A DNA stretch of 62,240 nt, counting the filler, from Sphacelaria rigidula (taxonomy: Eukaryota), in assembly GCA_964200075.2 (NCBI GenBank). It is 11 parts of 11 records of this genome, joined end to end, with 100 filler letters (N's around TTAATTAATTAA, not from the genome) between each part and the next. Parts side by side here need not be neighbours in the genome. Positions count along the whole stretch, not along the records: positions 45,340 to 50,906 come from CAXNAA020026270.1; positions 51,007 to 56,573 come from CAXNAA020026271.1; positions 56,674 to 62,240 come from CAXNAA020026272.1; 8 more parts are not named here. The stretch is one strand, 5' to 3'. The position numbers and the translations under genes are program-made. Shown here in pieces: positions 49,296 to 61,489 of this stretch. The notes beneath the pieces were generated by a model. It was given only the letters and a program-made list of their open reading frames with translations. It was not told the origin of the DNA and did no database searches. Each line of letters starts with the position of its first letter. Positions within the stretch are counted from its first letter, which is position 1.

Positions 49296-50906
49296 TATTG
49301 GAAAGTGCCTTGACGGAGTCGATCCCATGATAGAGGGATCAGATGTGGCCTGAGCATGGAACTGTAGTCACACACACTTGACTACCAGTACCCGTGCGTC
49401 AGCATTAATCTATCCGCACATGTGCATGTTCACACAGTGTACCCACACACATGAACACCCCGTCTGAACCGGTACATCAGTCGTCGTGGTTATCTCTCTC
49501 TAAAAAAACAAAAGATATAAGGGGGAAACCTGGCCATCCGAGCAAAAACCCCTCCGCTCAATAGCTTGTGCACCATCTAGATAATCCATGGACGCCGGTC
49601 AAGGCAGATACACGTCATGTTAGAAAACGCCCTACAAAAACCCATGCCCCTCAAAGTAGCGTGGGTGGCTCAACTCAAAATGCGCATAAATGCATCACTA
49701 ACACCTGAAAATACCCTGAGCGAGCACAAGGGTACACACAAAAACGTACCTACTTGTCACCTTCCAAGTTCATCGAAAAACGTCATTTGCCTCGTAAACA
49801 GGTTGATCGAGAGAGGCTTCGTCAAAATATCAGCATGCTGCCATCCTAAACTTACATGCGCAACCCTGATCTTTCCCGTTCCCACCAGCTCTCGAATGAA
49901 GGGATACCTTACGTCGAGCCTGTCGCGTCAAAATGATACAGCAGCCACTTTTCCTGAACTGGCACTGCCATGACCAGTTTGATGCAGGTCATGAAGGGCG
50001 TTGCCGCGAAAGTCTCGAAATAGTCGACTGCAAAACGTTGTCCAAATCCTCGTGCTATCAACCTTGCCTTTACCTTCGTTTTAGTACCATCTACGTCAGT
50101 TTTCCAACTAAAAAAACCACTTCGCTGAAATCACGTTTACTCCTTCCGGTACAGGGCCAGTCGAAAATGTTCCAGCCTTTTCATGACCTCCTAGTTCGGC
50201 CTGCATCGCGCCTAGCCATGCCTCCTGAAACTCTGATTTCGCTATGACATCCATACGGATGGGTGCTGCCTCTATTTCGCTTACATGTAGGCCAATCGGT
50301 GAACGCAAGCCGAATTCAGGCTGCCTTACTCTGTTTTCCTCAGCAACAAAACAGAAAAACTCGTTTTCGGCTAACTCGTTTTGGATCGAGGTGATTGCGT
50401 CTTGTTCTGCCACCTGTCCTGCTGCAGCGGTGATCATCTCCATGGTTGAGCATTTGTCGTCGGCCATTCCCGCCAGCGCCATCCCCGCTTACTTTCTGCT
50501 CTCCTCCGCTCCACTAGCCGGCAGCGTTTCGCCTCGTGTGTGTGCCGACCCCATGGCATCGCGCGTTTGGCTCATCGTACGCCCCGCCCTTGGTAATCGT
50601 GACTCGTCGGCCCACGCAAGACGGCGTTGCTTAGTCCTCGGAAGTTGAGGAGCATCGCCGCCCCCCCCGCGCCGTCTTGCGAGGGACCCGTGGAAGAGGG
50701 TGACAGTACGGGCAACGAGGGAGTGTTCGATGCCGATGTGAGCGTCGGCATTGGTGTCGGCGTCGGCGTTGGTGTCGGCGTCTGCGCTGATGTCGGCATC
50801 GGTGCTGATGTTGGCGTTGATGATAATGACGATGATGATTCCAGCTCCGCCTCACCCCCTCCGTTGAAAAAATCTGGAACGGGGATCTCTGGTATCACCC
50901 CGCCTC
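49296..50906 (-). mobile_element. Ty1/Copia retrotransposon remnant: RT N-terminus fused to RNase H C-terminus, PPT and probable 3' LTR
   Basis: AWLGAMQAEL...GTF...PVPEGVNVISAKW / WKTDVDG...KARLIARGFGQRFAVDYFETFAATP...YHFD, then LDVRYPFIRELV...QHADILTKPL. Purine tract GAGCGGAGGGG near 49549-49559; putative LTR 49296-49547 with mutated TGTTG/CAACA ends. Confidence 0.9.
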
Positions 50907-52069
50907 NNNNNNNNNNNNNNNNNNNNNNNNNNNNNNNNNNNNNNNNNNNNTTAATTAATTAANNNNNNNNNNNNNNNNNNNNNNNNNNNNNNNNNNNNNN
51001 NNNNNNGATCTGACTCGAAATTTCGAGCAACAAATGGCCCAAAATACCCCCCCTCTATCGTAGGATGACTCGTAGGTACGTGAGAAAATAACACAGGGCG
51101 GTGTACTCATAATCATGCATGCAATGGTCCAGCGAAAACGAGCATAGATATAGGTACGTGAGAAAGTAGCACAGGGAGGGATACGGTGAGAAGGAGAGCT
51201 ATGTTTCCGGGGTGCACATCCTCTGTGCATCTGTGACCTCGGATCAGTAGCCAACAAACTGCATGCACCGATAAGCAGGGAAATGCGGACAAAATAAGGC
51301 AAAGGCGACAACAAACGAGAGGCAGACGACAACCGAACGAGAACAATTATGATAATACGCGAGGAATCTAGATGTTATTCGCCCCTTCTTTGTATGCTCG
51401 TTCCTTGATGTTGTCCATTGCACCCGCACTGCTACTACTGCTGTGTTGCATCATGACAGCACTGCTGCTACTACTGTGTTTCATCATGACATTATCACAG
51501 GAAAAACGAAAAGAGAGATCAAGCACTTCAAGAGAGATCACGCACTTGACAGCAATAGTACACTCTACACCAGGTTCGGGAAGATGGGAGAAGACGGACC
51601 AACGAGCAAATTTTCTTGGAAAGTAGTAATTCCTGCCGGGATCCTAAATGCAGGAGTGGCGACTAAACCCAATGGCACGGATTGAAAGCATGGACAATGA
51701 CTATGGGTGGACAAAAGTGGCGCCGGTGCAGTTAGATTGCGACGTGCGTGTAGATCGAGGTCCATCGAACCGCAGGCATGCTGTCATGTGTGGAGACAGC
51801 GACGGGGCGGAGTGCCGTGGTATCAGAGCGGTGGATACGATCTTTACACATAAGGATGATTCGTACACGAAAAAATGAACCGTTTTGATCCTTCAGTACC
51901 CCCCCGGATGTACGCCAAAGTCTGGCAGATAGACACACGCTTGAGGCCATCGACGGATTACTGACCAGACAAATGTTCAGCCTTGGCCGAGACACGGGTG
52001 GTAATCCAAATCGATCCGTGGGTGTGCTTGGTAAAACCCGACCAAGCGATATGCGGTACCATGGCTCAC

Positions 52070-52138
52070 CTCGTATCCGTACTGGACGGCATAGTATCCG
52101 CTCGGGTCTCCGTCCATCACACAGTGTACCTCACACAA
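52070..52138 (-). CDS. WSC-domain protein exon (LCEVHCVMDGDPSGYYAVQYGYE)
   Basis: GTCAG acceptor and GAG|GTGAGC donor; continues MTPE|xC...C...Y...QYG.E of the second WSC domain. Confidence 0.8.
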
Positions 52139-53135
52139 CTGACAGCCGAGAGAAAACACACGATATCAGCAATCCGAAGGATACGGGCGGATTGGGGAAA
52201 CGGTCGTATCCATCTGTGGTCTCTAGGGGTGCCAAGGAAGTTCATTGGTTGATGCGGGGTCATTTTCCGTTAGTCAGTCCAACATAGTGCGGTGGGTCGC
52301 GAGCCCGACATAGCTGCACTATGCTGGCACTCCGTCTTTTACTGGTATAGTGCAATCAGAGTGATGCTACAGTAGGGGTACACAAATATTTTCTGAGAAT
52401 AGAATTGTTAGGAGCCCTTTACCTCATCCAAAACACGACTTATGAAAATATGCGAGGGTAGGCCAGGATCACCATTCCAATGTGCTGGGGATATCCCGAA
52501 TGAATCTGCAAACGGGGATGCCCTGACCCATATTTTTGTGCGTCTAGAATCGTTGGGAGCCCCTGAACCAGACNNNNNNNNNAAAATTTCGCGAAAAAAG
52601 TGCACCCCTACCATGGCATTGCTTATCACTTGATATTAGTACTCGTATAGCATATCGAACTTATGACAGGTGATCTTGACCGCACCGTGGCAGCGCCGCG
52701 TACGTCGGAGGATCGCAACGCGGTGCGCCCCCCGCTGCAACCGAATAAGTGATCAATCAACAACCGCTGCGCGCTCGTCGTCAAATGGTACACAACCGAG
52801 GCCATCAGGTGGAAGAAACGTGCATTTGATTCCCGGCACATGATTTGTTTCCACTCCTTATACGTATCCGCCCCCCATCGTTGAAAATGTTGGGATGTGA
52901 GTAGGAGAGGGGAGTGCGTTTTGCCGAGATTCGACGCGGTGCGGGAATGATGATGCAATCGACTTGACGTACCAAAATGCAGTGTACCGGGGATGAGACG
53001 GTTTGATCCTTCGAGACTCCGGACGACTTCACGTACCAAAATGCACAGAGTGTTCCGGGGATGAGACGGGTTGATCCCTCGAGACCACGGACTCGTCTCG
53101 AGGAAGGGGAGGGGTTGGAAATATATCCAACACGA

Positions 53136-53389
53136 GACTAATGCTGCGATAGCCCCCCACAAAAGTGGCTTGTTCGGTGAGGCAACATCTACACGTCAAT
53201 CGAAATGGGAAAGGCCGAGCACGACGATCAGCTGGGAATTATCACGCCGGGGATCGTTTTTGCCAATGTCGTCCATATGAGGCGCTTTATGCCGCCTGAC
53301 AACAAACACCATCATGCGCTGTGTGACCATTTTCTCCGAGACAGGTTTGAGCTCTTTGTCTTGGGCGGAGAATCATCGTAGAATCAGTC
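53136..53389. mobile_element. 254-bp GAC-ended MITE within a WSC gene intron
   Basis: GACTAATGCTGCGATAGCCCCCC...CATCGTAGAATCAGTC; flanks ACGA/AAGA (one mismatch); body related to 45340-45485. Confidence 0.65.
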
Positions 53390-53821
53390 AAGAAGTATGC
53401 TGTGTTGGTCATGAAAGGGATGGCGAGCTTGAAATGAATCTCCTGCACCCGTGTTCCGCACGGTTCGTACCAAACCAAATGCGACACGTCGGTTGAGATG
53501 TGATGCACATCGCGAAAAATGAATCCTACAGTTTGTCCGATGCAACATCGACGCTAATACACTGCATAAACAAAGGCCTATAACACATGCTGATGCCTTC
53601 GACCTGTCGAGCCTCTCACTAGCCATGTTTTCCGTTATGAATATAGTTATCTTCCAGTCAACAGCCTCGCAACCTTTTGGAGGAACGGTTTTTGTAGGTG
53701 AGGATGGGCGCGAAGTAAATGGATTGTGACGGTTGAGGAAGAAGGGCGCGTGTCTTTTCCTACTATTCGTGTATCATCTTGCGGTGTGCCTTGACATTGC
53801 TGAACGTGCACCATCGTATAA

Positions 53822-54041
53822 CAGCCTGGATCCGTTTTTGAGGTTCAACATTTGGGTGGGGTTGAACTCGAAAACAGTGCTTTCCCTGACCTAACGTCAT
53901 CATATAATTTCATATGGACGGCCTCATGCCCCCCGACCCCCTTAAAACTATTTTCATTGATCACGACTTTGGGTCAGGAAATGCACTGTTTTCGAGTTGA
54001 ACCTCACCCACATGTTCAACCTCAAAAACGGATCCAGGCCG
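53822..54041. mobile_element. ~220-bp foldback MITE; one arm also at about 48455-48530
   Basis: GCCTGGATCCGTTTTTGAGGTT...AACCTCAAAAACGGATCCAGGC with arms of about 75 bp. Confidence 0.8.
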
Positions 54042-54408
54042 CGTTGTATGTGCTTCTGGTGCGTTCACCGTTGGTGTTCTCGCCGTGCTCATGGGACGGC
54101 GGCATATTAAACATTGCTTGTCGTTACTCTCGCAGGACAAAGTGCATATCATTGGCGGCATATGGGCGGCAACGACCCTATTTAGTGCGGGATGACCTCT
54201 CGATTCAGAAAAATAAAGTATATTTGCGACTCGCCTCCAAAAATAAATAGTACATTCAGTGTCGAACTAGGGGCGGGCGTGGCGAAATAGTTACCATATC
54301 AACACACGCGACTACAGCGTAGACAAAAACCTCGGGTAGCAGCACCACCAAGTACATGATGACGATACAATGTTGTGTACAGCAGCCGCAAAGTACACAC
54401 GCACACAC

Positions 54409-54607
54409 CTCCGGCGTCATTTCGGCTCTGTCGTCCACTTTATCCACAAACACGCGGTCGGTCGCGTCGTCAGCGAAGCATCCCACGTAGTTCGCGGCGG
54501 TGTGCGCCTCCGGGGGTGGGATGGAGTAAACGTTGAAAGCATGATCACCTCCGCAAAACAGCTCCAGGTCACCAGAACATCTGTAGTCGCAGTTGCCCAG
54601 TCCATGC
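54409..54607 (-). CDS. WSC-domain protein exon (HGLGNCDYRCSGDLELFCGGDHAFNVYSIPPPEAHTAANYVGCFADDATDRVFVDKVDDRAEMTPE)
   Basis: WSC C-terminal C...C.G.....CGG.....VY and the next domain's YVGCF.D...RV...MTPE; canonical AG/GT boundaries. Confidence 0.93.
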
Positions 54608-55040
54608 CTGCCCCGGAACAAAACAGTGCACGTCATTTTCCAACTGGCACATCTACAGGGAATACACACGCCTGCAAGTAGGAGCTGCGAAGACTACAAT
54701 CCTGAGAAATATGATGCGAACACACGTGATCTCAATGGTATAACCCCGACACGCCAAACCAGATGTCGGACTTATGAGGGAACCGCGCGGGACCCATTTG
54801 AACTACGGTTCGCAAGGTTCCACGATATATAACAAACTGATGAAGCGATCCCAAAATGCTTGACGACATTGCCCTGGTTACCTTTGTGCTTATTGTTGTA
54901 GCGTATCTTGGTTCAATTTAGCGTCGTTGGTTCGTTGCAGCTTGATTTATTTCATCACGTTCCGTATATCAACATGCAAAAAAATACAAAAAAAAGACCG
55001 AACGAATTCACTAGCAAAGTTTATCATTTCCTCGTCTCGC

Positions 55041-55141
55041 CTGGTGTAGTTCTCAGCCACATCCGAGGTGCACCAACACTCTGTGCCGTACTGCGTGGCG
55101 CAATAGGCCCCTCCTTTGGACGCGCACGAACTACAGCACGA
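55041..55141 (-). CDS. WSC-domain protein exon (SCCSSCASKGGAYCATQYGTECWCTSDVAENYT-R)
   Basis: TQYGTECWC WSC signature; GACAG acceptor; CAG|GCGAGA donor in phase with 54607. Confidence 0.9.
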
Positions 55142-56221
55142 CTGTCAAACGGAAACATACGTGCAAGGATTGCGAGAAAGGCGATCAAGAAGAAAGAGGC
55201 GGGCGGTGGCGCGAGCAAGACAGGGGCCCTGAAGTACCACCCACGAGGGCATCGGTGGCACTTCGGGAAGCGTGGCGATGTCTTTCTGCGTGAACACTCC
55301 AATGTCAACTCTTTGACCACCAGGGCGGTTCATCCAGATGCTGACGTCATCTTTCACGTGACAATAATGACAATCCATGTTGTTGATGACCGGTTGGCGG
55401 TCGGAGGGTTGCGTTTAGATTTTGTTTTTTTACTCGAAATTTGAAATTCAGGTTGATCTCATCAGAGCATGGAATACCACTGCTACTCAGTTCTGCTGAC
55501 CGGTCGCCCCGGTAGCTCAGTCGGTACCCTCGAAACCTTCTGACGGTTGGGACGTTGATTTTCGACCGTGATGAACTCACACGATCTGAGATATTTTCTC
55601 ACATCATCATGTTATTATTATTCCTGTTAGTTTTTCACGTCTTAGTCTACTATGTCGTTCTGTTCGACTTTTTTTCTGTTCCTTCTTTTTCTTCAGCGAG
55701 TGTTCGAGGTTTATTTCTCTTGGTTACGTCTACTATGCGACCACGGCTGGACCCCTGGGGGGTCAGTTCAAGTGCGACAATCAATCAATCCCTCAACAAA
55801 TAAATCGTCAATCATACCCATCCGTGGACAGTAACTATGTCGTGGATACCAAAATTGGATACCAAAATTCAACTTCCCGGTTGACGAGGGGAAGGGACCG
55901 CTGAACCCTCCTCGCGATATAAAGGAAGACAAGCACTACAGCAAGAAGGTGAAGTACTAATATGAAAGACGATATATTGAAAAGTCGCCTGGATGTGACA
56001 ATTCTCCTGTGTGACCCAGCCGCGGCAATGTAACCGGAAGGTGTATGCAGCCGTTCAAAAGAGATCGGATGGCCATACACACAACACACACACTTTCATA
56101 TTTACTCGAAACTCACACCTCTGCTTGAATGAATCTCTCGTCTCATCTCCGCGTCCATGTTACCTTTTCCATTCATTTCAGATCAAACGATAGCCACTTC
56201 AAGCTCAATTAGGATACGTAC

Positions 56222-56338
56222 CGCTGGAGTTAAAGATGCGTTGTTGTGGAGGAAGTCGAACACGCGGTCTTCCTGCAAGTCTGCGTAACATCCCAAGGGG
56301 GTATAGCGGTCAGTCCAGTCCAGCACGGTCACGCTCTT
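56222..56338 (-). CDS. WSC-domain protein exon (KSVTVLDWTDRYTPLGCYADLQEDRVFDFLHNNASLTPA)
   Basis: Y..LGCY.D...DRVF....LTP WSC N-terminus; GCAG acceptor and GCG|GTACGT donor. Confidence 0.88.
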
Positions 56339-56673
56339 CTGCTTGATGGATGGGGAATGATTAACGGAATAAAAAAACAGCTCCCAAAATCAGATACATA
56401 AAACTACAAATACGTATGGCACGATTGCACTTCCCCATGTGTATCGGAGGCCAAAGACAACCCAGGCCACACCGCCTCTACACAAACCTACTCCGCATCC
56501 CCCTCCCCCCCCCCACCCCCGCCTGGTCCGGCGAGAACCCGGCGTGCTCCGTCCCGGCTTTGTAGGGGCGGACNNNNNNNNNNNNNNNNNNNNNNNNNNN
56601 NNNNNNNNNNNNNNNNNTTAATTAATTAANNNNNNNNNNNNNNNNNNNNNNNNNNNNNNNNNNNNNNNNNNNN

Positions 56674-57471
56674 TGCGTCTCATTTTTTTAGGGTTGTTCG
56701 ATAAAATTTCGTGTAGTGGACCGCTAGTGCATAATAAAAGAAAAGAAAACGGCTTGTTACCTTTTCTCATTTTTTTTCATTTTTTTTCGTGTTTTTAGTG
56801 GAGTTTTGAGGGAAAATGAACGTTGCTCTTAAGCCTTATCGCACTGTTGTAGCTCAATTTCTAGAATTGTGATTTGAAAATTAGCATGGGGAACCACAAT
56901 AGTGTGCCGAAGAAAAAAAAAAATGGGCCTTCATTTTTTTTTTTCATAGAGGTTCGGACGTTCTCGTGAAAAATTGGTCCTGACCATAGTAGAAGGCCCT
57001 GAACCAGTGAATAAAAGAAAAAAAATGAACCTGACCCACTTTTTTTGTTAATTATGCCTTAGAGAGCGCCCACACCAAATTTCAATACACGAAAACCAAA
57101 CGTGGGCCGGTGAGTGGCCTGCAAAATACTGTTCCGAATTTCTACCGACCCGGTTTTTGATAGGCCCATGCTCTTTTATACATTTAGAGTTGGGCCCTGA
57201 AATTTGGTATGGACAGTGCATAGGGCATAAGAAAAAAAATTACTGAAGTACCAAAAGAGTTTTTTTTTTTTCATGAGTTAAGGGCAATAATCGGTTTTCC
57301 ACCAAAATGCCCTTAGCTCATGAAAACAAAAAAAAACTATTTTGGTATTTCAGTAATTTTTTTTCTTATGCCCTATGCACTGTCCATACCAAAGTTCAGG
57401 GCCCAACTCTAAATGTATAAAAGAGCATGGGCCTGCAAACTTCAAATCCGCCTCTAGGCTGGCCCAGCTCG
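56674..57471. mobile_element. Partial Tc1/mariner-like element (family of 43162-44364) with near-perfect internal palindrome 57162-57434
   Basis: Ends GGCTGGCCCAGCTCG|TA; arms of about 125 bp. Confidence 0.8.
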
Positions 57472-57996
57472 TACCGTTCTTTTTTTTACTTTGCGTTTTT
57501 TTGCGCTAACCCATGATGGTGGTCGAGTTAGATCATATTGTATGGGGGTGGAGAACCTGAACTCCGCGCAAAGGGGATGATATTACTACGTACGTGGTGT
57601 TTATATGGTGAAACACCCGTGAGGCAGTGTAACTCGTGGCTGTATCTGGAAGTGGCAATACCAGGAAGTGAACCAACTGATTCGATGCTATCGTCTACAT
57701 GCAAGATAATCAGTGGGCTTCGGGCCGAACAATGTTAGCAGGATTCAGCTCACCCTTCATGCGACTCGCCGAACACATCACCGTGCTTCGCGCTTGGTGA
57801 TGGATTGCGAGCCTGGTCCGACGAAAACCCGGCTTGCTCCGTCTCGGCTTTGTAGGGATGCGAGATCAATGGTCTCATGACTACAGCATGCACGACCGTG
57901 AGTACCCCTTTTCCATTCCGAAAAGCGACCGCTCTTGTTGTTTCCTACGCCCCTTGATTTCTTTTTCTTGCGTTGCGTTGCACTGCATTGCTTCAG

Positions 57997-58068
57997 GTGT
58001 CGATGATCGAAAAGGCTATGCGGGACGTTCACTTTTCGGCGCATCCCACGCGCAGCACGAAGCAGCAG
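57997..58068 (+). CDS. SBDS: SBDS / Sdo1 ribosome maturation factor exon (VSMIEKAMRDVHFSAHPTRSTKQQ)
   Basis: Matches conserved IE.AM.D.H.S....STKQQ; TTCAG acceptor and CAG|GTAATT donor. Confidence 0.92.
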
Positions 58069-58266
58069 GTAATTATGTGTACTTAACGCGGACAACGTGA
58101 GAAACATAGACAAATCGACCCGTTTGTAGAGAGTACATGAGTCAATAAAGGGACTCAGAACGATCACTCCGGGTTAGGGAAGGGAAAAGGTCCGTAAGTT
58201 ATCGGGCTTCCATCCAATGGCCCCATGCTGGTTCTCGTGTGCTGGTACGTTGCGTGGAAAATATTC

Positions 58267-58515
58267 GAGTCATCCTACGATAGGGCGGGGGGTATTTGGT
58301 TGCATGAAAAAAGAGGCTCATAAATGTGTCAGACAACTTGCCGCACTCTCCGTGCGCTTGTATTTGGTTCAAAACTGCGTCTATCGGTATGAATGAGCGT
58401 TATTTATCCATAACAAGCTCGTTCGAGCAACCGTTGCTGCTTTCAACAACGATTTGACTCGGAATTTCGTGCAAGAAATGGCCCAAACCCCCCCCCCCCT
58501 ATCGTAGGATGACTT
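58267..58515. mobile_element. Complete 249-bp MITE, GAGTCATCCTACGATAGGG TIRs, 4-bp TSD ATTC, in the SBDS intron
   Basis: ATTC|GAGTCATCCTACGATAGGG...CCCTATCGTAGGATGACTT|ATTC. Confidence 0.88.
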
Positions 58516-59744
58516 ATTCGTACATTTCGGGTGAAGCTGTAAGATATCAAGAGGTTGGGCTGGAGAATGGGCTCATCTTAGTTCCTGTGGTACTTCATCG
58601 GGGTTCGCTGTGTATCACCTCCTATGCAATTTCTCTGGGTGATGACGTAAGGGGCCTAAAACCTCGGGTTGTGCGGTACTATTGCTGTTTCTCTTGTTGT
58701 GTTGTTGTGTTTTTCATTATTTTGCCTTTTTTGCATCCGCCATGGTAACTTGCATGCAAAAAAACTCTGGGTCTCGTGTATTTCACATTAACGCATGCAG
58801 TCGATTATTTTTTTAGGATGCGCCTTCACTAGGGCTCGACGGTACGGCTACGTGATGCTCCAAAGAAGAACCAAGACCTCTGGTTCTTCCTGAGAAAGGT
58901 TGCTATCGTAATAGTCCCGTCGCCAGAGGTTTCTCCAATTGCGTGGCGTATTTCCTCTCTTGATGCGTACAGCCAGGATTTATTGGCCGTGAGCCGGGTG
59001 GTTGGGCAGACGCACAAGAGTGTTCCCCGGAGGTCCGGTGGCCATGCTTATCTGAAGCTCTCGCTGCCGGGCCTCACCGGTTACCTAGGGTACCGAAAAA
59101 AACCCGTTGGAAACAGATTTTAGTGCCCTGGGGTCGGTCGCATCATGTCAACTGGCTGACCGGTTTTTCATTATGTACTCTATCCGGTTTCCATGTGAAC
59201 AAGTATGCAGTTACGGCTACACCAGTGGATGTGATGTCACAGGCATTGTAGTTACTGTGTGTTGACAGCATGGCATTGCGAGAAATCGGGCGGCGCCCTC
59301 TCAGCTCATGCTTCGCCCTCGCGTGGCTACTGCGCCGCCAAGGATCAATACACCGGACATCGTGCTCAATACGTGGTGTGTCGTCCACATGTAATGTACG
59401 TACTTGTTTTACTCTGTATCCCCCTATTTGCCATTGTAAATTTAATCCCTGTGTCATCCTTCCCCCCCACACATCACGGCACGTCTCGAAAGGGATGCGT
59501 GGTCAATGGTCAGACGACTAAGGCAAGCAACAAATGAGTACGCCCCCCCCCCCCCACACACACACACACATCACGGCGCTACGCGCTTGGTGATTGATTG
59601 CGAGCCTGGTCCGGCGAAGGCCCGGTGTCCTCCCTCGTCGCTTTGTAAGGGTGCGAGGTCAATAGTCATATGACTACAGTAAGGCATGCAAGATCATGAG
59701 TGCAACCCCCCCGCCCCTCCCCCGCCGTAAACACAACCCCGCAG

Positions 59745-59829
59745 GCATTGGAAGTAATCAAGAAACTTAAAGAGGTCATGCCCATCGACAGAGCGAAGAT
59801 GAAACTGAGAGTAACCACCACCGAAGAAG
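59745..59829 (+). CDS. SBDS: SBDS exon (ALEVIKKLKEVMPIDRAKMKLRVTTTEE)
   Basis: Continues KQQ|ALEVIK.LKE...I.RA.M.LR; CGCAG acceptor and AAG|GTAATG donor. Confidence 0.92.
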
Positions 59830-60298
59830 GTAATGCACGCACGAAACGCAACATAACACGCACAAACACACACACACACGTGAGGTGATGGGGGAATGTC
59901 ACATTTCCCATGATCAGCGACACCGCGCGTCTACAGAGCATACGAAGAGAGGAAGCAATAACGAAAACTGCGTGATTGATTTGATTTTTTTTATTATTGA
60001 TTGTCGCACTTTAGTTGACCTCCCAGGGATCAAGCCGTGGTTACATGATGAGCGTACCCAAGACACACCAAAACTGAAACCCTCGCTGAAGGAAAAAAGG
60101 AACATGAAAAGTCGAACAGAACGACATAGTAGACTACAACGTAAAAAAAAAAACGAATAAAAAGTCAAGAATGCGAAGCACAGAAAACGTGGTGCGAGCG
60201 ATTTCGACGGTCCTCTTTTGGCTAGTTTGTTCCAGAATACATTGTAGCGCCATGGCGACTGTTCATGCGTGAGTCGTATATTGTCTTTTCATCCATCA

Positions 60299-61347
60299 GG
60301 CCGCTTCTTACAGACTGAAAAAAGTCTCTTGAGAAAAGTCATTTTGGACGACTTTTCTCGGAGACTTTCTCATGGGAAATCAGTTTTCAGAACCCCACCT
60401 TATAGTCTATGAAAAAATACTGGGGATTTGTACACCCGAGGCCATCATCTAGCCTGCGTGCAGACGCTGGTAGTGGTCATCATTTGCATTTTGTGCTTGT
60501 GCCACCTGCGGTAAATCAACACGTGAATAATCCTGTCGAGGTACAGGATGGATGGGATGGCAACACACACACACATACACACAAACGCACATGCACACGC
60601 ACACGCACACGCACACGCACAGTAGCTACTAGTATGATAGGGATCGAAATGGTGGCCGTATCAACCCTTGCTTCAGCCGAACGCCGCTTGTTACAGTGTT
60701 CGTGTCGCAAGCGGCGCAATGTGTGCAGCAGACGGTTTGTGCCATACCGCACCCAACAAATTTACGTGACAGTTAGTAGTGTGGTAGCAACCGTCTCAGT
60801 GCGCGAAATACTACAGAGTCCGTAATCGGTGGCGGGCACGACGAGCATCAAACGATACGAGCAGTCAACGCGGCCAGCAGGGGCGACATCGTGCTATTTT
60901 ACGGTAGTAACGCGCTGCCGGCAAAAAACACTGCACTGTCTGTAGTGTCTGTCCGTGGTTCTACGGTCATGAAAAGGATGCACGGAGTGCTGCAGCAGCT
61001 ATGCTATTGGCTTTGTACTGTACATACAACATGGACAACTACTTTTTGCCCTGACTGTACTACGCTTGTATGCGGAGAGTGTGATGGAGCACTAGCTGTA
61101 CCATTGCGGGTGCGGTGTGCGAGGAATTTGTGATGGAACGACAGTTCCCAGACAGAGAAAAGTCTCTGTGAATCGATGGCTTTTCGCAGAGAGATTTACA
61201 AAATCCCGCGGTCTGCAAATTGTGGCCAGCTTCCAGAGACTTTTTTCATGAAAAATGGCCCTACAAGGTCGCGTTCTGAGAAAATTCTCTGGAGAATGAC
61301 CAAAACGATTTTTCTCAGAGACTTTTTTCAGTCTATAAGAAGCGGCC
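60299..61347. mobile_element. Non-autonomous PIF/Harbinger-like element with TCA TSD
   Basis: TCA|GGCCGCTTCTTACAGACTGAAAAAAGTCTCT...AGAGACTTTTTTCAGTCTATAAGAAGCGGCC|TCA; same terminal motif as 12031-13096. Confidence 0.85.
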
Positions 61348-61489
61348 TCAAAAGGGAAAAAAACGCACAGATGGAGGGGGGAGGGAAGGCAGGATACCTT
61401 ATTCGTAGCGGTGATCGCAAATGCAAGGCTTGTCTTTTGGTTACGAAACCCGTCGATCGGTGCTCTTGTTCTCTGGTTGTGGGCGTTTG

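Noticed and set aside
51007..52069. Next WSC exon (candidates HACGSMDLDLHARR near 51780 and RCTEDVHPG near 51230)
   Set aside because: Neither gives a clean CxC start with a proper acceptor and a continued WSC pattern.
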